Positions 40,568 to 52,419 of a stretch of DNA of 64,000 nucleotides are shown here, in pieces. The stretch lies in NCBI RefSeq assembly GCF_006345805.1, contig NC_043010.1, positions 22,010,001 through 22,074,000 on the forward strand, in the 5' to 3' direction. The translations under genes were made by a program, and so were the position numbers. Below the pieces are notes generated by a model that searched no databases, was not told where the DNA came from, and was given only the letters and a program-made list of their open reading frames with translations. How positions within the stretch are numbered: the stretch's first letter is position 1; each line of letters opens with the position of its first letter. This stretch comes from Octopus sinensis. Taxonomy: Eukaryota.

Positions 40568-41109
40568 GAGTGAGAGAGCAGTGCATGACATCAAAATCGC
40601 ACTGTAGTAAAATATACGAAGCCCAATATACAGATCATGACTACCCGTCTGATAAGGGTACTCCAGGCACATGCATCACAAATATATGTGCACAACATGG
40701 TGATCTCATATCAAGATAAACAGCGCATGACCTTCCAGTTGGGGCCCAGGTAGAATTTTCTTCAGTGCGAGTAGCCCATACTGCTCAAAATGTCCCCAAA
40801 TAAGGCTTGCTTAAGGATGTTGAACAAAATACCCATGCTTCAAAACGTGAATTAGCGAAACCCCAAACAATTCTTCTCAACACGTGGCGATGATGCTCCT
40901 CCAATAATTCTGCTCCTGATCAGAGATGCACATATCGTCAGACACTAAGGGACATGCTTAACTGGTTAAGGGCAAACAACTGACAAAAGTGATATTGAGC
41001 AGAATATTTGCTGTAACCCATCTTTTATACCAAGATAAAACAATGTACATGATAACACTTCCAATCAGAGGCCATGAGAGCCACTGCCTGATACAGCATC
41101 AGGGCATTT
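40568..41109 (-). mobile_element. 542-bp non-coding element bounded on both sides by (TAA)n
   Basis: Complex sequence with sharp ends between two pure (TTA)n tracts (40495-40567 and 41110-41213). No Pol III boxes or coding homology seen. Strand is inferred from the neighbouring elements. Confidence 0.6.
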
Positions 41110-41143
41110 ATTATTATTATTATTATTTTTATTATTATTATTA

Positions 41144-41213
<70 letters not shown>

Positions 41214-41400
41214 GCCTTTGCACAACTTCTAACGCTGGAGATGTACTACAATGTCAGTCGTTCAATACCAGTGAACTAAGGTAACACCTCTTATTTTTGT
41301 AGCACCTACCGGAGTATTCGAGCAGTTCCAAGCAGAGCTCCACCCCTATTGGTTCCACGTACTTCTCGAGATTTTTGCTCACTGTTTCCGGGGCTCCGAG
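41214..41400 (-). mobile_element. 3' fragment of a third R4/Dong-family element
   Basis: Minus strand translates GTVSKNLEKYVEPIG../ALLGTARILR*VLQK*, homologous to the C-termini of copies 1 and 2. A short 3' UTR runs into (AAT)n. Confidence 0.75.
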
Positions 41401-41535
41401 AATTCAAATGAATGTATTAAATACCACATAAAGAAGGTTACGAAACGGCCGTAATCCTATACAAATCACACGGCCAAATAAATCTATATCCAACTCACCT
41501 GTCGCCTGACTTTGTGCAATATATATATATATAGT

Positions 41536-41587
<52 letters not shown>

Positions 41588-41592
41588 GATAG

Positions 41593-41624
<32 letters not shown>

Positions 41625-41648
41625 ATAGATAGATATATAGATCGATAA

Positions 41649-41736
<88 letters not shown>

Positions 41737-42229
41737 GGATGGATGGATAGGTGCAAGTACAGGAAGAGGCAAAGACAGAAAGAGATTCCTGTATACGCAT
41801 TTAGGTTGCTATTTCGATACGTTGTAAATAAATGCGCGGTACATTTGTCAACGCGAATTTAGATATAAACTATTTATCAACATTTGAAAGTGTTTTAATG
41901 GCTGTTTTTAGACAAGCGAAGAAGACCAAAACTAAATAAAATTAAAACAAAACAAATAAACAAATTAAAGATAAGAAATCAAAATAATATGTATAAAAAA
42001 AGGAAGCTCTATATTTTGTATATTTACATATATATTGTTCTTTTTGTTTTTAATGTTTAGAATGAGGTAAATATTGCGTTATTTTGTTGTTTTATGAAAT
42101 AGTAAGAGCCTTGAAAAAATGCTAAAATGTCTCTATGTAGTAAATTATTAGCGGTCATAGCGCTCACACACTCACACATATATAGACACACACAGGCACT
42201 CACACGCGTGAATATTCACACATATATAA

Positions 42230-42266
<37 letters not shown>

Positions 42267-42504
42267 TATTTAGTCATTTGTCCATGTATGTCTATTTGTA
42301 TATATGCATATAAAATATGTACATATGTATTTGTGTGTTTTTAAGGATGTATGTATCTATGCATGCATGTATATATACGTATGTCTGTGAGTGTGTGTAT
42401 ACAGCGATAGAAAGCACTTATACATACATTTGTATCTATCTATGTATTTATCGATCAATCTATCTATATATCTTCATATATATACATATATATATATATA
42501 TATA

Positions 42505-42535
<31 letters not shown>

Positions 42536-42655
42536 GATATAGATATATGTATATATGCATATATACGCACTTATATATATATATTTGTATCTATCTATCT
42601 GTCTATCTATCAACCAATCTATCTATATGTATATCTTTATATATATATATATATA

Positions 42656-42720
<65 letters not shown>

Positions 42721-43370
42721 TGTATATAGATAGATAGATAGATATAGGTACACACACACACAACACACACACTTACATATATCGACACTTTCTTCGTATT
42801 CTTGTGAAAGTATATCTCAATAACCAAAGGACGAGTATGAATATTGCTGGTTGGCCATCTTAAATAAACTGCGCAGGCAATAGACAATCGAAGATAACAG
42901 TTTAAATGTTTTGCACATGTAGAAAATGTCTGTTTGGAGGTTTACTGACAATAAATTCAGAATTACAACACCGATTACTGACATTTTTATTGTTCTTTTC
43001 TCTTTTTTTCTCTCCTCTATAAATTTGCCGCTGTGTCGCTTTCATTTTTTAAAAATTTTATTTACTCGACTTGCTGTTACAATTTACTTTAGGGGAGTTG
43101 TAGGTCTAAAAGCATATTATGTTGAGTAAGAAGTAGATTTTTCAAACTAAATGTACACATAATTTGTGAAACGTAAAATACTTGGCATTTACTTAGTTTT
43201 AAAATTAAATTTCAACGTATAAAATATAAAATCAAGTTTCGCTTTGAACAGGAGTTGAAATATTTGTCTCCGTCACAGTAGCAACTCTAAGTTTGTATAA
43301 CTGAAAGAAATTCCTGTACGTGGGTTGTATTTTGTCTTTACTGTAGGGCTGATATTGTTAATGTTAAATA

Positions 43371-44551
43371 CGACGAGCGAAATGCTTAGCGGTATTTCGT
43401 CTGCGTTACGTTGTGTGTTCAAATTCCGCCGAGGTCGACTTTGCCTTTCATCCTCTCGGGGTCGATAAATTAAGTACCAGTTACGCACTGGGTCGATGTA
43501 ATCGACTTAATACCTATGTTTGTCCTTGTTTGTCCCCTCTGTGTTTAGCCCCTTGTGGGTAATAAAGAACTAGGTATTTCGTCTATTGCTACGTTCAAAT
43601 TCCGCCAAGGTCGACTTTGCCTTTCATCCTTTCGGAGTAGATTAAAGAAGTACCAGTTACGCACTGGGTTCGATATAATCGACTTAATTCGTCTGTCTGT
43701 CCTTGTTTGTCTCCTCTGTGTTTAGCCCCTTGTGGGTAGTAAAGAAATAGGTATTTCGTCCGCCGCTGCGTTCTGAGTTCGAATTCCGCCGAGGTCGACT
43801 TTGCCTTCCATCCTTTCGGGGTCGACGAATTACGTACCAGTTATGCATTGGGGTCGATATATTCGACCTGATCCGTTTGTCTGTCCTTATTTGCCCCCTC
43901 AGTGTATAGCCGCTTGTAGGCAGTAAGGATATAAGAAACGTTAGTACACCGGACAAAATGCTTTGCAATATTTCGTCTGTCTTTACGTTCTGCGTTCAAA
44001 TTCCGCCGAGGTCAACTTTGCCTTTCGGGGTCGATAGATTAAGTACTAATTGCGTACTGGGGCTGATCCAATCGACTGACCCTCCCCCAAAATGTCGGGC
44101 CATGTGATTAGACTAGAAAAGAATACATGAGAGTGTGGAGGTGGCGAGCTGGCAGAAACGTTAGCGCGCCGGGCGAAATGCTTAGCAGTATCTCATCTGC
44201 CGTTACGTTCTGAGTTCAAATTCCGCCGAGGTCGACTTTGCCTTTCGGGGTCGATAAATTGAGTACCAGTACGCACGGGGGTCGATGTAATCGACTCAAT
44301 CCCTTTGCCTGTCCTTGTTTGCCCTCTCTATGTTTAGTCTCTTGTGGGCAATATAGAAATAAGAAACTTTAGCACGGTGGGCGAAAAGCTTAGCGGTGTT
44401 TCGTCTGTCTTTACGTTCTGAGTTCAAATTACGCCGAGATCGACTTTGCCTTTCGAGATCGATAAATTAAGTACCAGTTGCGTACTGGGTCGATCTAATC
44501 AACTGGCTCTCTCCCCAAAATTCGGGCCTTGTGCCTAGAGTAGAAAAGAAT
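43371..44551 (+). mobile_element. multimeric family A SINE array (six central domains)
   Basis: Six GCCGAGGTCGACTTTGCCTTT domains. Internal units end in CCTTGTTTGTCCCCTCTGTGTTTAGCCCCTTGTGGGTAATAAAGAAATA, and terminal units end in CCCCAAAA..GGGCC.TGTG..TAGAAAAGAAT. Confidence 0.9.
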
Positions 44552-44916
44552 ATTGTTGATGTTGACATTGGTGTTGCTGCTGCTGTTGTCTTAGTTAATG
44601 TTACTGTTGTTATTTAGTCTATAGTTAACTCTGAGTGATTCCAACTATGCCCACCTCGCATATTTCTTTTTTATTGCATAGCTTTGTCTTAATTCTCCAA
44701 AGTTGCTTTCCTTTCCCAAAACGATTTATGATTGCAATGTAAGTGAGAATTGGGTGTTGTTTCTAAGAGACATTACATAAAGTATCCCTAGATGGATTGT
44801 GCCTGAAAAGTAAACAATAAATATATGTCTGAAGCGTCCTTACACCGCATAATTCTGCCGAATCTTGACCACCCTGGTGACTAACCAGGAGCAACAGCAA
44901 TACCACCACCACCACC

Positions 44917-44948
<32 letters not shown>

Positions 44949-45799
44949 CAACAACAACAACGACGACGACAGCGTTACAGCAATAGCAACACCAACACCA
45001 ACAATAACAACAGCAACAACAACAATAGCAACAGCAACAACCTAAGAAGAGCTATAAGTAAACTTTATAACTTGGTTTCTGACTCGATCATGTTGCAAAA
45101 TGGTGAACTTCATGATGGAAGTATTCTTGCAAGGTGCCAGGAAGAATCTTTATAAAAATTAAATCTTTTCTAAAGGTCACATGTACAAAATCCCCTCAAA
45201 CGTGAGAAAAGTCATGCAGAGCTAGAAATAAACCAACTTGTTTTATTTTATTTTATTATTTTTTTTTGTTGAATTCTTAAGTTTATCAAAGAGAACACGG
45301 TTGAGGTCACGCTGGAGCACTATTTCAACTAACAAAGAAATCTTGTTTTGATGAATTGAAAAAAAAACAATCGTATTTCAGTTGAAGTAAAAATAAAACA
45401 GCAGCCTATAGCTAAGTCACTCCGTTCGTTTATTCGCGTTAGAATAATTAATATCTAGATGAGATGTATAATTAATGCAATTTGTATATCGTAGGACACG
45501 CTTCGTCACGTGATATCAACGGCCCACTACCTAAGTATTAAAGATTAATAGGATTTGAAGCCAATGAAGAAGCTCGTAGAAATCATCCAACCTTGAGGAA
45601 ATAGCAGCCAAACTTCCCTTGAATAAGACATTAATAACAAACAGTAATACAAAATGTACAAGGGTACGCTAGAAGAAAACATATATTCCTTAATATAAAA
45701 AAAGATCGAAGGGACAGAGTTGTAACATCAATACGCATATATCGCTTCAATCAAAATGGACATAAGATCAAACAAGATGGAAAAGAAAAATATGTATAT

Positions 45800-46170
45800 A
45801 GCCGTGGCTATGTGGTAAGAAGCTCGCTTCCTAACTACATGGTTCTGGGTTCAATCACACTATGCGACATCTTGGACAAGTGTCTTCAACTATAGCCTCG
45901 GGCCACCCAAAGCTTTGTGAGTGGATTTGGTAGACAGAAACTGGAAGAAATCTGTTGTATGTGTGTGTGTGTGTGTGTGTATGTCTGCGTTCCCCACGAT
46001 CGCTTGACAACTCGATATTGGTGCGTTTATGTCCCTGTAGCTTAGCGGTTCGACAAAAGTGACCTCTAGAATAGAAACTAGGCTTACAGAGAATACGACC
46101 TGGGATTACTAAAGGCGGTAATCCAGCATGGTCGCTGTCAAATGACTGTAAGAAATTAAAGAATAAATAG
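45800..46170 (+). mobile_element. tRNA-derived CORE-like SINE, family B
   Basis: GCCGTGGCTATGTGGTAAGAAGCTCGCTTCC head, core, internal (TG)n and 3' half to CCAGCATGGTCGCTGTCAAATGACTG. Confidence 0.85.
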
Positions 46171-46190
46171 GTTTATTATCTAAGAGGTCT

Positions 46191-46390
46191 AAGGCGGCGA
46201 GCCTGCATAATTGTTATCACGCTGGACGAAATGCTTAGCGGGATTCCTCCCGTCGCTACCTTCTGTGTTTAAATTCCGCCGAGGTCAACCTTGCACTTCA
46301 TCCTTTTGGGGTCGATAAATTAAGAACCAGTGAAACACTATTCCTCTCCTCCAAAATTTCATGCTTTGTGCCTACAGCAGAAAGATTCAT
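46191..46390 (+). mobile_element. family A SINE
   Basis: TAAGGCGGCGAGCC head, central domain and CCTACAGCAGAAAGATT tail. Confidence 0.85.
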
Positions 46391-46634
46391 TTAAGAGTCT
46401 CCATCATATATTTATGCAATATATCGATATCTAGTATCATATATCAACGGACAGACTCCTAGACTTCCTACGTTATATAAAGTTTCGTATTTCTATACTA
46501 AGCAGATGTTGATCGACCAACATAACGTGTTACTATGTGAAATATTTTGATTATGTCTTCGAACTATCTTTCAGATTTCAGTTTCTTTAGGGCGAAATGT
46601 GCATATTTGTTTCGTTGAGTTAAATATAAGCCCA

Positions 46635-47395
46635 GGCGTGGTTGTGTGGTAAGAAACCAGCTGGCAGAAGCGTTAGCACGCCGGGCGAAATGCTTAGCGG
46701 TATTTCGTCTGTCGTTACGTTGTGAGTTCAAATTCCGCCGAGGTTGACTTTGCCTTTCATCCTTTCGGGGTCGATAAATTAAGTACCAGTTCCGCACTGG
46801 GGTCGATGTAATCGACTTAATACCTATGTCTGTCCTTGTTTGTCCCCTCAATGTTTAGCCCCTTGTGGGTAATAAAGAAATAGGTATTTCGTCTGCCGTT
46901 ACGTTCTGAGTTCAAATTCCGCCGAGGACGACTTTGCCTTTCATCCTTTCGGGGTCGATTAAATAAGTACCAGTTACGCACTGGGGTTGATCTAATCGAC
47001 GTAATCCCGTTGTCTTCCTTTGTTGGCAATAAAGAAATAAAAAAATTGCTTCACAATCATATGGTTCCAGGTTCAGTCCCACAGCGAGGCACATTTGGCA
47101 AATGTTTTCTATTGCAGCCTCGGGCCGACAGAAGACTTGTTTGTGGATTTCATAGACGAAAACTGAAAGACGCTCATCGTACATATACATACGTGTGTGT
47201 GTATGTCTGTTCGTGTCTGTTTTTCCCCATAGCTTCACAACCGGTGTGTGTTTAATTCCCCGTAACCTAGCGGTTCAGCAAAAGAAAGTAATAAAATAAG
47301 TTACAGGTTTTTAAAAATATAAGAAATACTGGGGCCAATACAAACTTCTTCAAGGTGATGCAGATTACAACTGGAAACAAAAGATAAAATATTTT
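46635..47395 (+). mobile_element. family B SINE split by an inserted dimeric family A SINE (about 46656-47045)
   Basis: Family B head GGCGTGGTTGTGTGGTAAGAA stops at 46655 and resumes as TTGCTTCACAATCATATGGTTCC at about 47046. Two family A units lie between. Confidence 0.85.
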
Positions 47396-47407
47396 AAAAA
47401 AGAACAT

Positions 47408-47625
47408 CGAGATGGCGACTTGGCAGAATCTTTCGAGAGTCGGCAGAAAATTCTTTGCGGTGTATGTTGCAACTCTTTACGTTCAATTTTCAAACCCCTC
47501 CAACTTCAAGATTGCCTTTCCTACCTCCATGATTATAAAATTGGATACCAGTTATATACTGCGGTCGATGTCCACGATTAAGCTCCTCCCCCGCCACAAA
47601 AAAAATTGCCAGCCTTATAACAAAA
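47408..47625 (+). mobile_element. family A SINE (old, diverged)
   Basis: GATGGCGACTTGGCAGAATC head, TTGCCTTTC, GGATACCAGTT..GGTCGATG. Confidence 0.65.
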
Positions 47626-47754
47626 TCGCCAACCGTTATCTTAGATATTTCTACTATGCCTTCGACTTCGTTCTGTACTTAACATTGTCGTAAGCGTCAC
47701 TTTTAATCACACGAACATCAAGACAAGAAGCTCATTATTACAATTATTATTATA

Positions 47755-48011
47755 AAATATTTAAATGCACCCTTTCAAAGCCTAGCCAGGCTCATGGGCC
47801 CGGTTTCCTGGTTTCAATGGCGTATGTGTTCCCTAGTTGGACGGGATGCCAGTCCATCGCAGCGTTACTCATTTTTGCCAGCTGATCGAACTGGAGCAAC
47901 GTGAAATGAATTGTTTTGCTCAAGAACACAACGTGTTACCCGGTCCAGGAATCGAAACCACAACCTTGCGATAATGATGCTGACACCCTAACCATTAAGC
48001 CACGCGTCTCC
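47755..48011 (-). mobile_element. tRNA-derived SINE with a family C-like head and a different body
   Basis: Minus strand GCGTGGCTTAATGGTTAGGGTG..GGTTTCGATTCCTGGACCGGG..GCTGCGATGGACTGGCATCCCGTCC..CCTGGCTAGGCTTTG, ending in a TAA-type tail. Confidence 0.85.
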
Positions 48012-48773
48012 ACAATTATTATTATTATGTATTAAAAAAAACGAAAGCACATACACAAAAAAGAAAAAAACAGAAGAAGCAGCAGCGATCATGCTATATG
48101 CAGCTTCGTTTCTGAGCGGTTGTTCCAGCTGATAGGATTGGTGAAGTCTCCCGTGCACCTTAGCATTGAGTCTGAGGAATATGATCCAGGTTTTCTTAGA
48201 TAGTAATATGGTTAGGCGAAGATACCGAGGGGAACTTTCATTGTCGTTTTGTGCACTGAGGTTTACGTAGGAAGTACTATCGTTTAAATAAGACTAAAAT
48301 ATCAAGATCGTTGTGGTGATATGCGAAAGCATGGGAGAGAGCAACTGTATGAACGACACAGACTGCATTAGAATAGATATTAGCACAATTTCATTATCTT
48401 TCTCATATATGATTGATTGCTGGAATTGACCTAAAGCTATATAGATTACTGGGTCATATTTAATTAAATGTGTTGCTGTTTTTTTCTCATGGATTTTACT
48501 AGCTCACTATAATAATAATCGATGATCGTATTATCAGGTTTGTTATCTTCCGTAGAGATAGCTACAGGAAACATTGATTTCTCTTCATAAGCACAAGGCT
48601 GTTCCATTTTTCATATATATATGCACGTACAGACACGCACACACACATACATATATGTACAAAGGGAGAGAATATGGGAGAAGAGGGGCAAAGAGATACA
48701 AATATGTATATATATATATAAACAGATATATATCTGTTTATCTATCTATCTGTCTATTTGTCTGTCTGTCTCC

Positions 48774-48848
<75 letters not shown>

Positions 48849-49010
48849 CATATAGATAGAGAGAGAGAAGTTAAATATCACATTATTCAATATATGTGGG
48901 ATCGAAGGCATTTTGAACAAATATTTATATCATATCAACTCTTTTTCTTACTATTTTGTTATTGAAGTATGTTGCCTTTCGTGTTTAAATAAATTTTTAA
49001 AACTAGTTTA

Positions 49011-49897
49011 AGGAGAGAGCTGGCAGAATCGTTAGCACGGTGAGCAAAATGATCAGCGGAATTCCGTCCAGCTTCATGTTCTGATTTCACATTCCGCCGC
49101 AGTCGATAAAATAAGCACCAATCGAGTACTGGAGTCGATGTAATTGACCTACACTTCCTGCCCGCAAATTTCTGCCCCTGTGCCAAAATTTCAAAACCAA
49201 AATTACTATCTTATTTAATATCGTTTCAAATTTTGCCACAAGGGGAGCATTTCGGGTTAGGGTGTTAGTCACTTACACGGAGCCTAGTACTCAACGGACA
49301 CCTATTCTATCCCCATAGAAAGGGTGACAGGCCAAGTCAACCACGGAGGCATTTGAGCTTAGCATGTAAAGAGCTGAACGAAATGTCTCGAAGCATTTTG
49401 ACCAGCAAGCTAAAGATTATGCCGGTTCACCGTCTTAATACGTTATCTAATATTGGTTTGAGATATTGACACAAGAACAGCAGTTTTGGATGAAGATCCA
49501 AGACGGTTAAATCTTCCACAGTTTTCAAATGGTACTTATTTTTATCGACCTCTCTCCCCGTATGGATGAAAGGCAAAATCGACCTCTGTGGAATTTGAAC
49601 TCAAAAACTCAAGACAGACGAAATGCTGCTGAGTTATTTGTCCAGTTTGCTAATGATTTTTCCAGCTCGCCGCCTTTATATGTATTTCTACTCTAGGCAG
49701 AAGGCTTGAAACTTGGGAGGAGGGTGCCTATCGATTTGATCGACCCCAATACGCAACTAGTACTTAATTTATAGACCGTGAAAGTATGAAAGGCAAAGTC
49801 AATCTCGACCGAATTTGAACTCAGAACGGAGCGGCGGGCGAAATACCGAGAAGCATTTCGTCTAGCGTGCTAACGATTCTGCCAGCTCGTCGCCTTT
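49011..49897. mobile_element. cluster of family A SINEs: one plus copy (49011-49205) and three head-to-tail minus copies (49221-49897)
   Basis: Plus head AGGAGAGAGCTGGCAGAATCGTTAGC. Minus heads end at about 49437, 49677 and 49896 (CCGTCTT / CGCCTTT). Confidence 0.85.
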
Positions 49898-50922
49898 ATT
49901 CTCTAATAACAATACCTAATGCTCCATAATCCGTGTTCCTTAATCCTTTTGCTGTGATTCTGTTTAACTGTACATTAAAGGAAGCTTATGATTTATTGTC
50001 ACCTCCTTTGGGGGACAAACATAAGTGTTTATCACTTTTGAAAAGGTATTAAATAGAAAGAAACCAGACATTAGTTTTGCGACATTGGTAAATTAATGTA
50101 CACTCGAAAAGACATACCTACACGCAGAAACTGAACTCGGATCAAGCAGACACATCAGCTAATTGACTCACTCTATAGTACAATTCAAGCTGCGTTCAGC
50201 CAAAGCTATTAATTGAATTTCATAACTCACGTTTAGAAATCTTTGTTTCCAGGTGGCGAATCAGTGGTGACGGTGGGTACGATGGTCGTGACAGAGATGA
50301 TGGTGATGCTGGTGTTGGAGCTGTGACGTCGACGGTGGCGGCGGGGATGGCGGTTGCAGGAGGCGGTGGTGTTGCTGCTGGTGGTGGGAAGAGATATCTC
50401 TTCATTAATTATGTATATGAGCTTGTGATGGGTTTTACTCGTAGCTAAATAATGCAAACGGAGGGAAGAAGACTGGTAGCGAACCATTACACATGACATC
50501 CGGAACGTTTCGGCAGCAACGAAAGCAATTTTCCTCGATACCTTAGAAAATGTATTCTTAATTGATTTTGATAATGCAAAATCTATTGTTGCAGCTGTAT
50601 ATCGATCGCTGTTCGTCTGCAACATTACCTCTTCTATCAATCTTCCAATTAGCTTTAACATTTCTTTTCACCTTGTATCGATTACCAGATGAGAACGGTT
50701 CTCTCTCTCCCTTTCACCCACCTCTCTCTCCTACTCTCTCTCTCTGTGTCTCTCCTACTCTCTAGTTCTTTCCTCTTTTCTCTTTGCTAATCTTCCTCCG
50801 CCTGCTTCTCTCTCTCTTTCTCTCTCTCTTTCTCACCCACTTTCACATTCCTCCTACTCTCTTTCTAATCATGTATTTCTCACATTTTAAAATTGCTTTG
50901 ATTTTATCAGGAAATCACGAAT

Positions 50923-50960
<38 letters not shown>

Positions 50961-51168
50961 CTATATTATTGCAAGTAGCGTAGATATGTTTAAGCGTATT
51001 CATGTGTGGAAATCTTTCAATGTTTAAATGCACGTCACCTGTAATAGATGTAGATGCGCGCGCATGCACACACACACGCACGCATCCACACAGATACACA
51101 AATACAAACATGCTCATACACACACATATACGCATACAGTCATACAGACATATAAATATGAATATATA

Positions 51169-51201
<33 letters not shown>

Positions 51202-51446
51202 AAGTGTACGTGGATGTGTGTGCAAACATTTAAACAAGCATGCATAGATAAATATATGTGTAAACATTCATATATACAAAAATATATACACTTATATATA
51301 CATAGATAAATACGTACAGACAACTATGCATATATGTGCATATATCTATTCTATATAGCCTTATATCCATACATATGTATATAAATGTCTATCTATCAAT
51401 CTATATATATATATGTGTGTATAAACAGACAGACAAACAGACGGAC

Positions 51447-51526
<80 letters not shown>

Positions 51527-51867
51527 GAAATCAGGTGAATAGAAGAGTGTGCATCAAACTGTGTATAAGCGATAGTTTTCCAGAGCAGTCCTTACTAGTG
51601 AGTGATTACGTATCGCTGGTGATGTGTGCGATTATATTGCAGCGGAGGAGAGGTAATAGGCAGCTAGGTGAGATAAGTGCTATCAGCATTTCAATACATT
51701 CCAAGGCAAAGATAACTAATTAATTAGCTACACAAAACAGCCATATCTTCAACGAGCGATTTTGATGTTGTGGTTATTGCTGCTTTGGCTGTTGCTGCTT
51801 GTTATTTGTTGATTGTTGTTATCTTCTGGTGGGATTTGATCGAGGAGACATTTTTATTTACATATAT

Positions 51868-52232
51868 ATTCTTTTATTCTCTTATTTGTGTCAGTGATTT
51901 GACTGCGGCCAAGCTGGAGCACCGTCTATAGTTGAACAAATCGACCCCAAGATTTATTCTTTCTAAGTGTAGTACTTATTCCATCGGTCACTTAGGCCGA
52001 ACCGCTAATTTACGCGGACGTAAACACACCAGCAACGTTTGTCAAGCATTGGTGGAGGGACAAACACAGACACACAAATATATACGCATATATACGACAG
52101 GCTTCTTTCAGTTTCCGTCTACCAAATGCTCTCACAAGGCTTTGGTCGGCCCAAGGTTATAGTAGAAGGTACTTGCCCAAGGTGACACGCGGTGGGACTG
52201 AACCCGGAACTATGTGGTTGGGAAGCAAACTT
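51868..52232 (-). mobile_element. tRNA-derived CORE-like SINE, family B
   Basis: GGCTTCTTTCAGTTTCCGTCTACCAAAT..ACTTGCCCAAGGTG..GTGGGACTGAACCCGGAAC.ATGTGGTTGGGAAGC. Confidence 0.85.
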
Positions 52233-52419
52233 CAATATATAAAACGGCATTCCAGTAAAGACCATTATATTTGTATACATGTATTTCGTTGGTAGAGTCA
52301 TATATATATGTTTATCTGTATGTGTGTTTGAAAGTGTGTACGGCAGAATAAGAACATATGGATTTATGTGTGTGTGTGTGTATATATATATCACAAAGCC
52401 TTGCAAAGCTAAGTAATCT

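Noticed and set aside
40568-41109. HDV-like ribozyme at the ends of the 542-bp element or the Dong copies
   Set aside because: Could not build the nested P1/P1.1/P2/P3/P4 pseudoknot by eye, and both long Dong copies are 5'-truncated.
43371-44551. Regularly spaced repeats resembling a CRISPR or other repeat-spacer array
   Set aside because: The whole unit of about 180 bp is repeated, there are no unique spacers or cas genes, and the context is eukaryotic SINE.
50233-50661. 142-aa minus-strand ORF in semi-unique sequence
   Set aside because: No recognisable domain. The last third is a CAC/CCG-type low-complexity tract, and there are no supporting splice or start signals.
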